Source: Hydrolagus colliei
Lineage: Eukaryota
DNA length: 64,000 bases
Direction of reading: 5' to 3'
NCBI GenBank assembly: GCA_035084275.1
Contig: CM068757.1
Coordinates: 5,766,001-5,830,000, forward strand
In this document: piece by piece, positions 25,673-39,196 of the stretch
Layout of the letters: the number at the start of each line of letters is the position of its first letter
Position numbering within the stretch: position 1 is the first letter of the stretch
The notes under the pieces: generated by a model
Databases searched by the model: none
What the model was told of the DNA's origin: nothing
Seen by the model: only the letters and a program-made list of their open reading frames with translations
Program-made: the position numbers and the translations under genes

Positions 25673-26749
25673 ATTTTTAGCATTAACAATTCAGTCTTAA
25701 CTTTCAAGTTGGTTTTCTGCAGTTCTTAAAAGAAATTCACAGCCTTAATCTTCAAGCCGATATTCTGTATTTAAGAAATTGCCAAATTCCAAATAATCTG
25801 AAATGTTATATTTTTTTAAATGCCGCAAACCTAGACCCAGTGGAATTACTCCACAGTTACCCAATGTCAGTTAAATTTTTCTTATAAAGCAGAAGTGTAA
25901 AGGTTTAAGTCCTCGATTAGCCTATACCAAACACCGCTCTGTCACATTCTATTTTGCAGATGGCATATTCCATTAGCATTTCGCTCATTCTCACTCATAC
26001 CAAAGGAGCTCTCGGTTTCAGCCTATTTTACTCACCTCATCTCATTTGCCACCGGTGACTCTGCAGCAGGTGTGCAGGGGAGAATAATCAAGGGTTCTGC
26101 GTGCTCAGTCAACTGTTGAATGAGTATTATCGAGACATATGTCTTTGTACAGCATGAGTATCCACTCAACCAATCTCGATGCCATAAATCAACTGAAGAA
26201 AAGAAGAGGAATATTTAATGAGAAATTGTTTATAGGTGGATAATTTTGATGTCAGTGTAAAAGAAACGTGATCACTGTCACGTGTGCAGAGCATAAACTT
26301 CCAACAAAGGGGCAGGCTTCGTGAAAAGCATTGAAATAACTAGATAACTCTTTGTAGGACCCTTGTGCTTTGTATAATATTCTAGAATTTAAAAAAATGT
26401 AGAAGCCAGAGCGCCAAGGAGTGCATATATTGCTAACTAATTAAAAGGACAATAAATAGGAGCAAAGTAGTTGATCAATGGAGTTAGCATTTGCAAAGCA
26501 CACACAGGAAAGGACAGAGCAGAGATAAGTGGCCAACATGGTCAAACAGTGAGCTGACATTCCTCCCTGACAATCAAGGATTTATAAACTTTTTTTGTGT
26601 AAAGGGCACAATCGGTAATTTCTAAGCATTTACTGCACCGGTCGTTTAAAGGGCAGCAGTCTGAGGGTGCAGACTGCGAGTTGTGTGCAGTTCTGGGGGT
26701 GCAGAGTCACAGTCAGTGTTCAAACAGTGCTGCTGTTTGAATTCAGATT

Positions 26750-27200
26750 CAAGCTGTAGATCCAGAAAGAGAGTTCAGGAGCACTTCTTTACATAGAAGA
26801 TGCTGAGAACGTGGAACACAATGCCAGAAGTCCTGCTTCTTGAAGCAGAGAGCACCAACGCATTCAAAAAGAGACGCGCAAACCTGAGAAGGGAATAAAA
26901 TAATAATCCTTGCATTTGATACAGTGCTTTTACACATCTAGGTGTCTCAAAGCGCTTCACAGAATATACTATAAAGTGAATTGACTGTACATTTGTGGGC
27001 GAATCGCAGCGGCCAATTGTGCACAGCAGTGTCCTGCAAACAGTCGTGGATTGAAATGACCAATTTTTTATAATAGTGGAATAAGAGGGAGCCTGGAGGG
27101 GGAGGGAGAATTAGGGTGGAGGCTCAGATGAGGTATTGCCCACCAGGGACTAGATGAGCCAGAGAGCGGCTTTGCGCTGTAAATTCCATGTGATTCTACA
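26750..27200 (+). mobile_element. CR1-like LINE 3' end interrupted by a SINE
   Basis: 26765-26890 encodes a degenerate CR1 ORF2 C-terminus (approximately 'HFFT.KMLRTWNTMP...EAESTNAFKKR'); a 3'UTR-like end (...gggactagatgagcc...ctgtaaattccatgtgattcta) follows the SINE. Confidence 0.65.
26897..27075 (-). mobile_element. 5'-truncated DeuSINE inserted into CR1
   Basis: taataatccttgcatttgatac...caaagcgcttcacag...ggccaattgtgcacagcagtgtc. Confidence 0.9.
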
Positions 27201-30200
27201 GAAGGCGTAACGGCCAAAACCTCTGCACACTCAATTCACAACTGAGCTGCATCTTACACCCATATTTCATATGAGTGATCAGTCCTGGCAAAGGAAGTGG
27301 TTCGCAGCAACCTGGCAAATGACAGATAAAAGGGTAATGCTGTTGAGTGCATTGTATACATAATACACAAATGAAAGAACTCCCTACAATATCCTGGATT
27401 GTATTAACGGTGTTATATAGTGTGAAACTTCTTTGTCATTACAGAGAATGGAACGGTCGAAAGGGTGAGTAGCCAAGGCGTGGATCTGAGCCTCGGTTTC
27501 TGTTTGATGTGCGCTTTGTAATGAAAAAAGCGGTTCTTTGAAGCATGTTTTAAAATTATGACAGCGGTAAGTACTCTGCCTATGAGAAGCGTTCACACGA
27601 AGCAGAAAGCAGTTCAAATATTCATTACCGAAGTCTTGGCGGAAACAAAAAATTTGCTTTTACATCCAATAAAGCTCAAGATTGATTGCTTAGTATTTTA
27701 AACGGGACGTTGTTTGTCTGTGCTTTGATTTTAACAAGGTATCAGTTAGCTGTTAGCCACATTGAACCAGCAGCCCGCAGGCAACACTGCAGAAAAAGAA
27801 AGCTTCTCACAAATTATTATTATCTATTACCATCCCCACAGTTGACATATTCAACATGATATTGGTGCATTTGCAATCTTTACCATAGTGGTCGCATCCT
27901 CTGTGGGTGTTAGAAACAGTTGTGTAATAAATTACAGTTAACAATTAAAGGATAAAAATCACGTGAATGCATTACTTTGAGGAACACCGTAAACACCGAG
28001 ACAGAGAATTTGGTTTTCAGCTGCGGATAAAGGCGGAGAAATAACGAAAGTGAAAAAAAGGTTTGAAAAAGCTAAACCACTGGAATGTCTTCAAAAGGTG
28101 CAACGCAGCGTTTGGCTTGCGTATTGTTGGTAGGAAACTGTAGCCAGCATTGTGTAGCCCTGGGCAGAAGCTCTACGGAAGACAAACACAATTTCCCAAA
28201 TCAGCACAGATGAAAATGACAGCAGGAAATGCCTGAAGATCATCCACAAGGCTTCCAACGAGAGCTCTTACTATAATAAGTGAGACATTCAGCTGGGGTT
28301 AGCATTCTTCAAAGTATTCACAATGGTAGAGAAGATGGCAGATATCCACACATATCCACTCTGTCTCGCACAAACACACACAAACATAAGGCTTCAGTGA
28401 CACTGAAGATTCTGATACACAAACCTTGAAATTGTGTCACCGGTTAGTGCATTAATTGAAACGCCTGCATGAAGGTTGCTATATGAATGCAAGTTGCTAT
28501 TGTTCATCCTATATGTAATGCATAGGGATCCTTCCCTAACCTGCCGCACAACACAAGCAGCAGAAAGGAACGGGAACTGTTCATTACAAAAGATCCATTG
28601 GTTGCTCATTGATATTGGCAGTAAGCAGTACCATTGGCCTTTACCAATCAACAAGCATCAAACCGTTCCACGCCACACGTTATCTAGTGTATAAGTAAAA
28701 CAGAATCCCGCAGTGTAAGTAGAACAGAATTAAAAGAGCTCCATGTTACAAACCATTATTTGTATCATTCACTATTACAGTTGGGTAGAGACAGACAAGT
28801 GGACACAGGTCAATGACAAGCAGGCAGACAGGCAGACAGAGCTCATAAATTTTAATTACTGCTTTGGCCAAATTCATTCATTAACTCCAAAACATACAAA
28901 ATTAGCTATTGCGGTGTTACCCAACCTGCCAGGCAGATCCCTCACATTCAGCCAATCTCAGCCGGTGTTCTGCACTCACCACATAGCAGTCTATCAACTG
29001 AAATGATTAGGGTTTGAACCATTTTATACGAAAGATCCCAAGATGGGTTCAGATGAACAAGGTGTTTTGGACGATTCGATTTTGTACTTTCAGGTTACCC
29101 ACCCTACTGTCTTCACCCAGCGAGTGAATTTTTAAAAGAGTCAGAGACCCGGACTTTCAACTGTGCATTCATCAGAAGAGCGATTTGATCATTCTGATAT
29201 TTTCCTTATGGCATGCGAAATAACCAGTAAGATATGGTACACCAGTCTCATGTGAGAACTATACATGCATTCTTTGTCTCCCCACTTCTGCCCACTCCCA
29301 CAACTCCCAGACACATACACATTCTCATGACACTGAAAGCAACTACATTTCATCTCTACCTCTCATTCATAGTTTCCCAGGAACTCAACACTATGCAACT
29401 CATTCGGTCTCACCTTCCTCGAACAATCCAACAGCAATGATAAATCGCCTTCACACAGGATAAAGTCTTGGAGTGTTGCAAGCTATCCTAACCCTGGCAA
29501 ACAGTGCCTCTCACCTCTCCAGTTGTTTACAACTTCTACAAGAGACCTCATCTCGTAGACCTACGCATAGGCCTGAAAATAAGTCTTCACTGGCCCATGC
29601 AGAATTCATCACATTGTGCTAAACAAGGAATCATACCACATGTAACCAAACAGACAAAAACCTCTAAGTTCCTCGGATTGTCAACCTCACATCTGTGGCT
29701 AACAACAAAGGTGATAAACAAAACCTATCTGCCACTTGAAACATAGCATCAATGTGCTCTTCACTGAAAAGTCTTGTCGATTTGATAAGAAAATATTCCC
29801 AACGGCTACACAAGAATGAATCAGAATTCGTAACTTAACAAATTGCCACTTTAAACCTTAGAGAATTAAAACAAGCTGAAATAGCATATCCTATCCAGAG
29901 AGTAATCAAAACGAACAGGGTCTCACACTTCGTTTCAGGTGTGCCGTTTATCTTGCCTTTCAGAGTAATTAGATTGGGAAAAGCTTGATTTGCAGATGGT
30001 GAGGCATGTAAATTAATTTCATGATTTAATTATAATGTACATTAATAATAGCTTGCATTTTGCAAGGGTTTCCCAGACTTCCTGACAAAGCACAAAAACA
30101 CCATCCTTTTGCTTTAAACCCTTTGAGCACTGAATCTCTTCTGCCCATGATACACTTCACTGAATGGAAAACCCCATGAGGCGTTTGGAGAAGTCCTCCG

Positions 30201-30851
30201 GACATGAAAAGTGCTGTATCAAATGCAAACATTTTATTATCACTTCAAAAACAGTTAGCATCAAAGAGAAATTAAAAAAAACTTGTACATATTCAATACA
30301 TTACACAGCATAGTCCACAAATTACAGTTAAGTTACAGGAAGCCTGTTAAGCTGAGTACATCGGGGACGGATGATTTGTCCAGTTTAAAGGGTGTCTGAG
30401 ATTTTCAGATTTTTGTCCGAATCAACCGGCATATTTAAAACAGGTTCTGTTTGATTTATTCAAAGTCTGGTGTTATTCTGCATCCAACCAAAGTGGATTC
30501 CACTGTACGTGGAAACACAAATCATTTCTGCTTCAGTAATGTAATGTTTTTTTCACGCTTGCTTTGAGTACCCGGGGCTATTTTTCTTCCTATTCTGGTC
30601 AGGTACCATCGTTTTAACAGGACAACAATCTGTTTACACCTGTGTTATAAGGCTGGAAACTGAAGCTCACAGCTGCATTTACAACTGCAGAGTAAACATT
30701 TGCTCCAATCTTCCAGAGTCACAACAGCCCTGAGCAGAACTCAGCTTCAAATGCTCTGACAGAGCGAGAGCAAGAGACACACGCACACACAAATTATAAT
30801 CTGCACACCCAGGCAGACATGGGGAAGCCCAATTTAGTTAAGTTTGGTGAA

Positions 30852-30915
30852 TACAACAACAGCAACAACAACTTACGTTTGTATCGCGCCTTTCAAGTCG
30901 GGAGGATGTCCCACA
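30852..30915 (-). mobile_element. Short L2 3' tail
   Basis: acaacaacagcaacaacaacttacg...gcgcctttcaagtcgggaggatgtccc. Confidence 0.8.
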
Positions 30916-33219
30916 TTGATCTCAAACATTTCTTCTACACCTCTTTCACGCGGCACATTAACTGCTACAAAATGCATTCTTGAAAATAACAAAAGGGGAA
31001 TTTTGTCATTCCGCGTTGAATTCATCTCGATCATCAATCATAGCCTGTCGCAAGAGTTATTTTCTGCTGATCGCACCCTTCACTATTCACATCAATCCCA
31101 GTGTCTCTTTCTGGTGTCCTGAACGTGATTGACAAGGAAAGTGGACAATTAAAGCGCGCAGTAAATTGAATCATTTTTCATTTGCCCTCCGGTGATGGCA
31201 GCTACCCAGGCAGTGCCAGTCGCGATAGAAAAATACCTTTCCCTACGTTGACCTCATGATGCCGTTTGGCTGTCGAGTGCGGGACAACTTTTGAAAGGTG
31301 AAAGAAAAAACATATTTGCAGGAAGGTTATTCAAAACTGTTTGGGGAAACATTTTGCTCTGTGTTGGCTAGCTATCTGATTAGAGGCAATACCAAGGTTG
31401 TGGGTGCTCAGTTAGCCAACCTGACTGTAAACCTCCCTCCCTCCCACCCCTCCCTCTAAAGTATAACCATCTTTACCTTGATATATAACAGACAAGACAC
31501 AGTATAAGCGCCAAGCAGTGGAATGTGTGTTGGGGGTTACACCTCTTTTGCCTAGGATGACACTCATCCACTGCGTACTTACAGTATTTGCAATACCAAC
31601 AAAATAACACCAGTCCCTGATAACGGCCTTTTGAGCTGTGGTGAATTTGCAAACTGAAAACGTACAAATATCCTGAGTAACGTCCTTTTCGATCAGTTGA
31701 TGAGGAATTCAGGCTCAAGCATAACATCGGTCAGGAATTAGGCTTCTCAGCAAACTGCGTTTGTGCTCACTCTCATTCGACCGTGTGACTGACATCCTTT
31801 TGTGGCATTACTATTATTTTTGTTTCCACCAGAAACGGCGTCCTCAGAGCACAAAAATTATGAATAATCCCACCCGCCTTGCTGCACGTCATGTGGTTTT
31901 CAATCTTGCTGCAGTTTTGCTGACAGCAAACATAAATATTGAAGCTACGTTTGACAACAACTGTCACGTCGAGCCAATGGGACACCAGCCTTGGAAATGA
32001 TTAATCAATTTGCAACACTTGCTGCTCAGTGAGCAGCCGACCTAGATACGTTTCAAGCAGGTCCATTGTGTCGCTTAATATGCATGATGAAGATGGTTGG
32101 AATCGGAAGCTTTCAAAAAGGGGTTGAAAGACGCTTGTTTTCACTGTGTAGCTTCCAAGTGTTGAGATCTTGCCTTCCATTTTATTTGCTTGAAGGTGCA
32201 CGGCCTTGTGACGGCCATACTGCAAAGCTGGGCTGTGCTTGATTTCAGAGCTGATTGATGGCTAACTCGCTATACAGTATTATATTCAAGCGATCTACAA
32301 CAAATGTAAACACTGAAGCTCTGAAGGAGAAAATGGCAGTGGGAGTGAGGGGGTGGGGTGGGTGGGTAGTGGATAGAGTTAAAGATTCAGAGAAATCCAA
32401 ATTGGTGGGCAATTTCTTTTTAAGTCAAATTTTTATTTTCTTCTTGCCATACTAAGGTTGGAAGCTGAGACGATGCTAGAATCCAAACCTTTCACGAGTG
32501 TGTTTCTGATAAAACTGTGAAGAGGAACTTTTAAAAATGTCCTACCAGTGCTACCAAATATTAATTGTTATTTCTCTTCCAGATTGATTGATCTCGCTGT
32601 CGTCAGTAAACTTCAGGAAAGTTGTATACAGTAAAACTCCTGTACCTTAATGCAGGGAAAGGAAACTTTAGTTCTTTTAGTTCCCAACTATCACATCAAA
32701 ATCAATTGTAAGGTGAGTTGGATGCAGGATTCAGCTACTTCCACTCTACCTCAATGATATACATTGATTTAAGACAAAGTAACCAACACCCACAGAACTT
32801 GTGTAACATTTCCCACACCTACTATTCTTGTGGCTCGAGAATACGGGTCAAGTTAATTTCAGTCATTGCTGAACTACGAGCAATTTGTGCAGTGAAATTG
32901 CACCCACCAGAATTCCCCTAACGGCTTCAACACACACTCCCATGTCAGATATCAAGGAGTACATTCTAACAATCTGAGCTGGATTGAAACTTGGGCTCAG
33001 AACAGACGGTTAGATAGGAATATTTCCTCCCACTCTGATTAGACCCTGTCCAACCCCTGAATCTATAAAAGGTTTCTGTAAAAAGGATCACAATGTTCAT
33101 TTATCGCTGAAATTAAATGGTCTCACCATCACTCAGTGTGCATTTGAGAGATGTCAGTGTTAGCCCAGGAACAGAACAAACTGAGTGTTGTGCGAATATG
33201 ACAAGCGCACGGAGTCACT

Positions 33220-33487
33220 ATCAACAACAACAAACAATGACAACAAATTGCATTTATATTGCGTCATTCATGTTGGGAGGATGGACCAACACACTGGATT
33301 TTACCTGCGTGAAGGGTTCTACATAAATGCAAAATGTTGTTATTGTAATAATAATCCTTGCATTTCATATAGTGTCTATTATGTCAAAACATACCACAAT
33401 GCTTCACATTAATCACGGTTACTCCAGCGCTTTGGGACATCCGCCCAATGTGAAAGTTGTTACATGAATGCAACGTGTTGTTGTTGA
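33220..33487. mobile_element. Cluster of four short L2/SINE tails in alternating orientation
   Basis: Minus L2 tail (33220-33295), plus L2 tail (33305-33345), minus SINE tail (33346-33410), plus L2 tail (33423-33487). Confidence 0.7.
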
Positions 33488-36400
33488 TGAGTGCGGTAAT
33501 GGTGTTGCAAACAGCGATATCCTGTATTTACCATAGACCATACAGTGAATGGATTCGGAAGTGAATTGCATGGAAGAGTATGCACGCTGTGGCCTGGGAC
33601 TAGAGAAGGGAGAAGGAGAAAAGCGATAGACGTTTAAATAACTTAGCAAAATAAAGCCGCAAGCTTCAAGGCTGTGATGTCAGCAGTTGCAAAATTGTCG
33701 AGAGGTGCTCAAGGCCACAGCTCCAGCAGATAAATCACACTTTATTACTTCTCCACGGAAGGCCACCAATTGTCACAAGGTGTCTTGAAGTGGGATTTCC
33801 AATGATTAAGAACGTTCCCTCCCCCCCACACACCTCCCTGCTGAGCAGGAGGCACAGAGGATAAAAATCTAAAGGGTTGCTCCTTCCCCCGAGTGTGGGA
33901 CACTGGAGATCATAACGAGCTGCCACAAATTAAGATAAAACTCTATTATATATTATAAACCACTGTAAATGTGAGGCCATGATCCTTTTCGGCGGCTTCT
34001 TTGTAAGTAGAATGACTTGTGAAACAGACACCATGGACCGCTCTATGTGACAGATTTATCCCCGCAAGGACTTCAAATTGAATGGGTTATCAAACCGGAT
34101 TTTGGTTACCAACATAACAATTGCATTTTTACAAGGTCTCTAGGGTTCATTCCCCATTCCCCTTCATCTGATAATACAGCATTAGCTGGGCGGACAACAC
34201 AGAGTTAGTTCTCTAGTGCTAAGGTAATTTTGGGTCACAACTGTGGTATTCCAAAGCTCATTTCTTCCCAATTGTTAAAAAAAATGACAGTATAAAATTA
34301 TGTATTTTGACATAACCCTTGCCCTTCACAAGACTTCTGAAATAATGACAGGAACCACAAACCACAATCCATAGTGGCACGAGTATTTAAGAGTTACGGC
34401 AAATCTCATTCTGCCCCCCACAGTAATCAGCTACAGTTGATAGATCCATTCACCAAACCCATCAACTATCACTGAAATACTCTCCACAATTAGATGTGAT
34501 GCTGCGCAGAAATGAATGAAGGCTCAATTATGGGATGAGCAAAAGATCCAAGTTCTAATGCTTTGTGGCAAATCATTAGTTGTTGCCCCAAACCTTAGGC
34601 TTTGCATTGAACACCCGGTAGGAATCTTAAAGTCTATTTTATGGTACTTCCTCAGGAGGAGATATTATTTTATCTCTCGATGGCTGAAATTTATTTGCAC
34701 TATAAAATCTGGAAGAATGGTTATTTGTCTACCCATTAAGGATAATCGGTCCAAATTATGCCAATAATTTAATTGCTTTCTACTTTTCACTTCTCGCATA
34801 TTCTGATTAATAAATCCACATTAACATGTTCAGGAATGTTTTCTCAGTGAAAGCTCTCAAACTCACTTCAAGAAAACAACAAGGTTTCAATTTTCCTGCA
34901 TTCGGCAACAAAGTAAACTGGGTTTTGTTCTGCAAAACGTACCATTAGACACAGTTCCAATCCTCCCAATTTCTATACAATTGTTTCTGGTTATGTCTCT
35001 CCTCTCCTGAAGATACCAAATGCTGAGCAATGGAGGTCGTCTCAGCAACTTTACCCAAGGGAGCCATTCACAAGCAAGTCTGGACAATGAACGATGGCGG
35101 ACAATTTACTTGTGGAAGGCATCAAAGTTTGCACGACAAAGTTTGCCCAATGTTTGCACGACAATCGGGGACCCTAGACAATTTCTCAGTAATCAGAGCT
35201 GCGAGACATTATCCTACGTGAAAAGCGATATACAAATTGTTGTTGCTGATTTCTCCAAGCCGACCCCAAGATTGTCGAGACCATTTGCAGTGACCCCCAA
35301 ATGCCCGTTCCGGCTGAGATCAGCAAACAACACCTACCAAATACTCACCCTGGACTTTCCCAGTGTGTTGCGGGACAGTTACAACTCTTGACCCCATCCT
35401 TAGCCACTGAGCCAATGCATGTTCCAAAATGTTACACAATCCAGTCAGTTTAAGGGAATAGTCTAAATGTTCAATCTAAGGGGATTTTTTTGAGCACTCT
35501 ATCAATTTATGGAGGGAAAAACACATGTCCCAAGTGTCTTACCCACAGTTTCTCCTTTTGAAAGGTTCCGACTTGAACAAGCACAAATTACTTCATTAAA
35601 ACTCAACACCGTTTCAGCAAAATGACCTGAAAGTGAACCGATAAGAAAATGCAAATGTGCTTTATCTCCATGCAACACATCAGTTACCGCTGAAACATTT
35701 AATACGACAAGTAATTTTTATCCCGTGCATTTAATTGAAAAATATATCAAAGCCATTTCTTATCTCCTTCTGGTTTCTTTCACTTTTAAGATAACTGGAA
35801 ATTCATAAAGTCTTAATTACAGAAAAGCCGATAAGAATTGTATCCAGCCCATACCAATGATACTGGGTGGTACAAGACAATGGCGGTTAAAAGCATGGAT
35901 GCACTGCAAACTCTCCTATATGCAGATCTCTGACATATAATTCAAATACTTATTACGTTATGTTAATTGTCCAGAACAATAAAAGTCATTTTCTTTCCCT
36001 GCACGTTTGGGGAATTAGTCTCTTGACTCTTTTCCCTTTCCCTGATAAGAAGACAGTCACAGCGGCTTGTGCTATTGGTATTGGGAATCAGCACTGGATG
36101 TACCATCAGTGGAGACCACCTACCAACAAGTTAGGGTTAGCAGAAGTCTACACAAAATCTTCTCAGGTGAGGAACAGTGCATCAGCAGAGAACCTCCAAA
36201 GAGAGAGAGAGAGAACTTCAGGTGGAGAGGAGAGAATCCAGAATAGCATATTGCAACCATGATAAATGCTGCGACGTTCCGTTTGTGCAAAACATTCTAC
36301 TCTCGGCAACGTAAAAGTTGAACCGAGGCATACCCTGTGCAACTTGCATCGGAAAATAGACTTAACTAAAAAACGTAGCACTACCTTTCCCACCTGCTTG

Positions 36401-36596
36401 TGACGTTTCCAGAAGTTTTTACACGTCAGTAACCTTCTGCTCTCCAAACCAGTGCTCATTAGAAACTAGGGCTCATAGTAAAAATAGTACATTTGTTAAT
36501 TTCTCATGAATTCAATACAAAGCTTCAAGTAGGACAGGCTGTGCATTTTGTTTCTGTAGTCACTCGGTAACAAGTTGCCCTGAACTGAAATACTGA

Positions 36597-36667
36597 CTGT
36601 CCAGCGCCTTGGGACGTCCTCCTGACGAGAAAGGCGCTAAACCAATGTAATTTTCTTGTTGTTGTTG
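36597..36667 (+). mobile_element. Short L2 3' tail
   Basis: ctgtccagcgccttgggacgtcctcctgacgagaaaggcgct...gttgttgttg. Confidence 0.9.
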
Positions 36668-38416
36668 AATCAGTCTGCAACGCGTTACTGCTGTTCATTT
36701 AGCACAGCGAGGTGGCAGGTTCAAGGTGCAGCCTTGCAGAAGGTCGAGGCAGTGAGCTGTGAGGTTGATTGTCAAACACTGGCAAGCAGATGCTGCATTT
36801 GATCGATAGGGCTGCTAATGGCTGATTGGAGCCTGATGGCTACCTTCTGTGTGTGATCTAGAAGCTCAAGGTCTCGGAGAGCAACGCCGCTCATGGAAGA
36901 GCTGCACTTTATCACCGGGTGGATGAAGGAATAAACAAGTTTCGAATTGATGCAAGTTAACCCACGGTGTGCTCGGAATTCTGCGTGTTTTGTTCAGTAG
37001 CACAGAATACCTGCACATTGCTTTGGGCTACTTCAAGATAAATAATTTAACGCAGTTCTTCTCAATTTATCTATTATTCAGGCCACAATTATTATTGTAA
37101 GCTGGCTGCCCGATAGATGAGCATCTTTTAAAAATCATTGCAACAATGGGGTTAAAGGCCTGTAATGGATTTAGCAAATCACCATTTCCTATTTGTCAAC
37201 ATCTCCTGTTCAGCGCAATGATTTAGTCCACACAGACTGACTTTACGAAGCAAATTACTTTGGAATACAAATTACTGCAATAATGCCACTTTGAACAAGA
37301 GGTTTCGGATGAAATACAATGGAAGGTGCAATTCAAAACATCTTGAAAAAGCTTCTTGGGGGTAATGGTGATTGTAAAAGTGTGCGTGTAATTAGATCAA
37401 GAATCTCAAATAGAATGCTTTCAGTGAGTCAGAGAGGGAAATCTTGTGGAAATAATTCACTTTTTAACACACAGAAAATGACACAAACGACATCCGATCA
37501 CTTCACGATTGATTTGATAAATGATTGATAGTGAAGACTTTGCTTTTGGAAATCCAAGGCTTTCTGCCGTGATTCATCCTGCTAAAAGATGCTGCTTAAT
37601 CTTGCTAATAGGAGGTTTATTTTTCGCTTCCTTTTTTTCTTCCCCACCCAAATACACTTTGTGCATGTTAACAGACGCAGGCAACAAACAGAAGTTTGGG
37701 ATTTGTAAAGGTAATTTGGGCAAGGTTGATGTTGCTGGTGCTCGGAGTCGGTGTCTTGGAGCAAAACAGAAGTTCAGTAGATCAGACAAGAGGTTTGGAT
37801 GAAGAAGACCCTTTGACACAACTGACCTCATCATCCTTTCAGTAAACCCACCATGAAAGTCCCACTGCGTTTGGTTCAGAACCTTATCCACCTTGAGCTG
37901 GAGGCTGGTGAGTCTCCTGGGGAGAGAGAAAGAATTGCAATGGGACACCTCTGGCCTCTCCTGCTGGCTGGTTACAAGGGGGCATTGAAGACCTTTCAAC
38001 AAAAGCTGGTAAATGAACTACACAGAAAGAAATACACAGAAGAGGTGAATAAAGGGGACGTTAAAGTGCTGCCAAAATAAAACACTTGCTTCAAATGTTG
38101 GGAGTAATGTCTAAAACTTCTCACACAATTTAAAAAAAAGGTTTTTTTTGCTTCGTCACTGAGCCTATTACTTGTCCAAGTTACTTGTTATGTGGTCTTG
38201 TTACTTGTTACTTTTGAGAGATTAAAAATAAAATCATCATTTCAAAGAATAACATTTGAACGAAACACATTTACAAAGAAAAGTGGCGTTGTCTTATCGA
38301 GTTGCGCTGACCGTCACAATGTGTTATTAGCTTCTGCCAGTTACCAGAGGCACAGAAAATGCAATTCAGGAACACTGCATGGGTCAATGAATTTTTCATT
38401 TTTCGCTATGAAATAG

Positions 38417-38525
38417 TGTCAGAGTGGCTCAGTTGGTAGCAATCTTGTCCATGCTGACATTGAGTGCAACTCTGGGGGAGCGCTAGTGTGCAAATCGGCT
38501 GCCACATTCGCCCACAAAATACCCA
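38417..38525 (+). mobile_element. Internally deleted SacSINE1-like SINE
   Basis: Head tgtcagagtggctcagttggtagca joined to Deu core tgtgcaaatcggctgccacattcgcccac. Confidence 0.55.
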
Positions 38526-38588
38526 CTTGAGTGTCGTTCGATGTGATGTTTCATCACCAATGGATTAAGGCTCTATGTCAAATTCCAT

Positions 38589-38868
38589 GATAATAATAAT
38601 CATAATCCTTGCATTTGATACACTGCTATGCGCAATTGGCTGCAGCGTTTCATCCACAAATATGCAGTCAATTCACTTTCCAGAATATTCTGTGAAGCGC
38701 TTCGAGATGTCTAGAAAACTTGAAAAGCGCTATATGAAATCCAAGAATTATTATTATTATTATTATTATCATGTCTTTGAGATGTCTCACAGCACTTCAC
38801 AGAATGTACTGTCAAGCGAATTGCGAGTATATTTTGCGAGCGAAACACAACAGCCAATTGCGCATTGT
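38589..38868. mobile_element. Plus-strand DeuSINE (38621-38768) nested in a minus-strand DeuSINE
   Basis: The minus tail (taataat..ccttgcatttgatac) is split from its continuation (38769-38868) by an oppositely oriented copy. Confidence 0.8.
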
Positions 38869-39196
38869 CCCCCCAAATCAGAAATAAGCTGGGTCAAGGA
38901 TTGAATTTTCCTTGGTGAGCCGCGCACCATCAAAAGGCTCGATCTTCGTTCCTGGAGTATATGACTATCTCCACATCACCAACGTGCAATGACGTTTTCA
39001 TAATGCAACAGTGCGCTCCCTGCTCGTGATCTGTATCATCCAGCTGCCTGGGCGGCCAAGGCTCACCAGTCACTTGACAAGACCACGTATTGATGGAAAA
39101 AATGTGGCCTGTCAATGAAAGCCTCCCCAAACATATCAGTGAGTACATTGATCTCACATCCACCCATTTCCCAAAGTCAGGGCTCATCGGTGCATT

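Noticed and set aside
37574-38080. Overlapping 142-aa (-) and 75-aa (+) ORFs
   Set aside because: No recognisable family; only a minus-strand acceptor near 37918 is suggestive.
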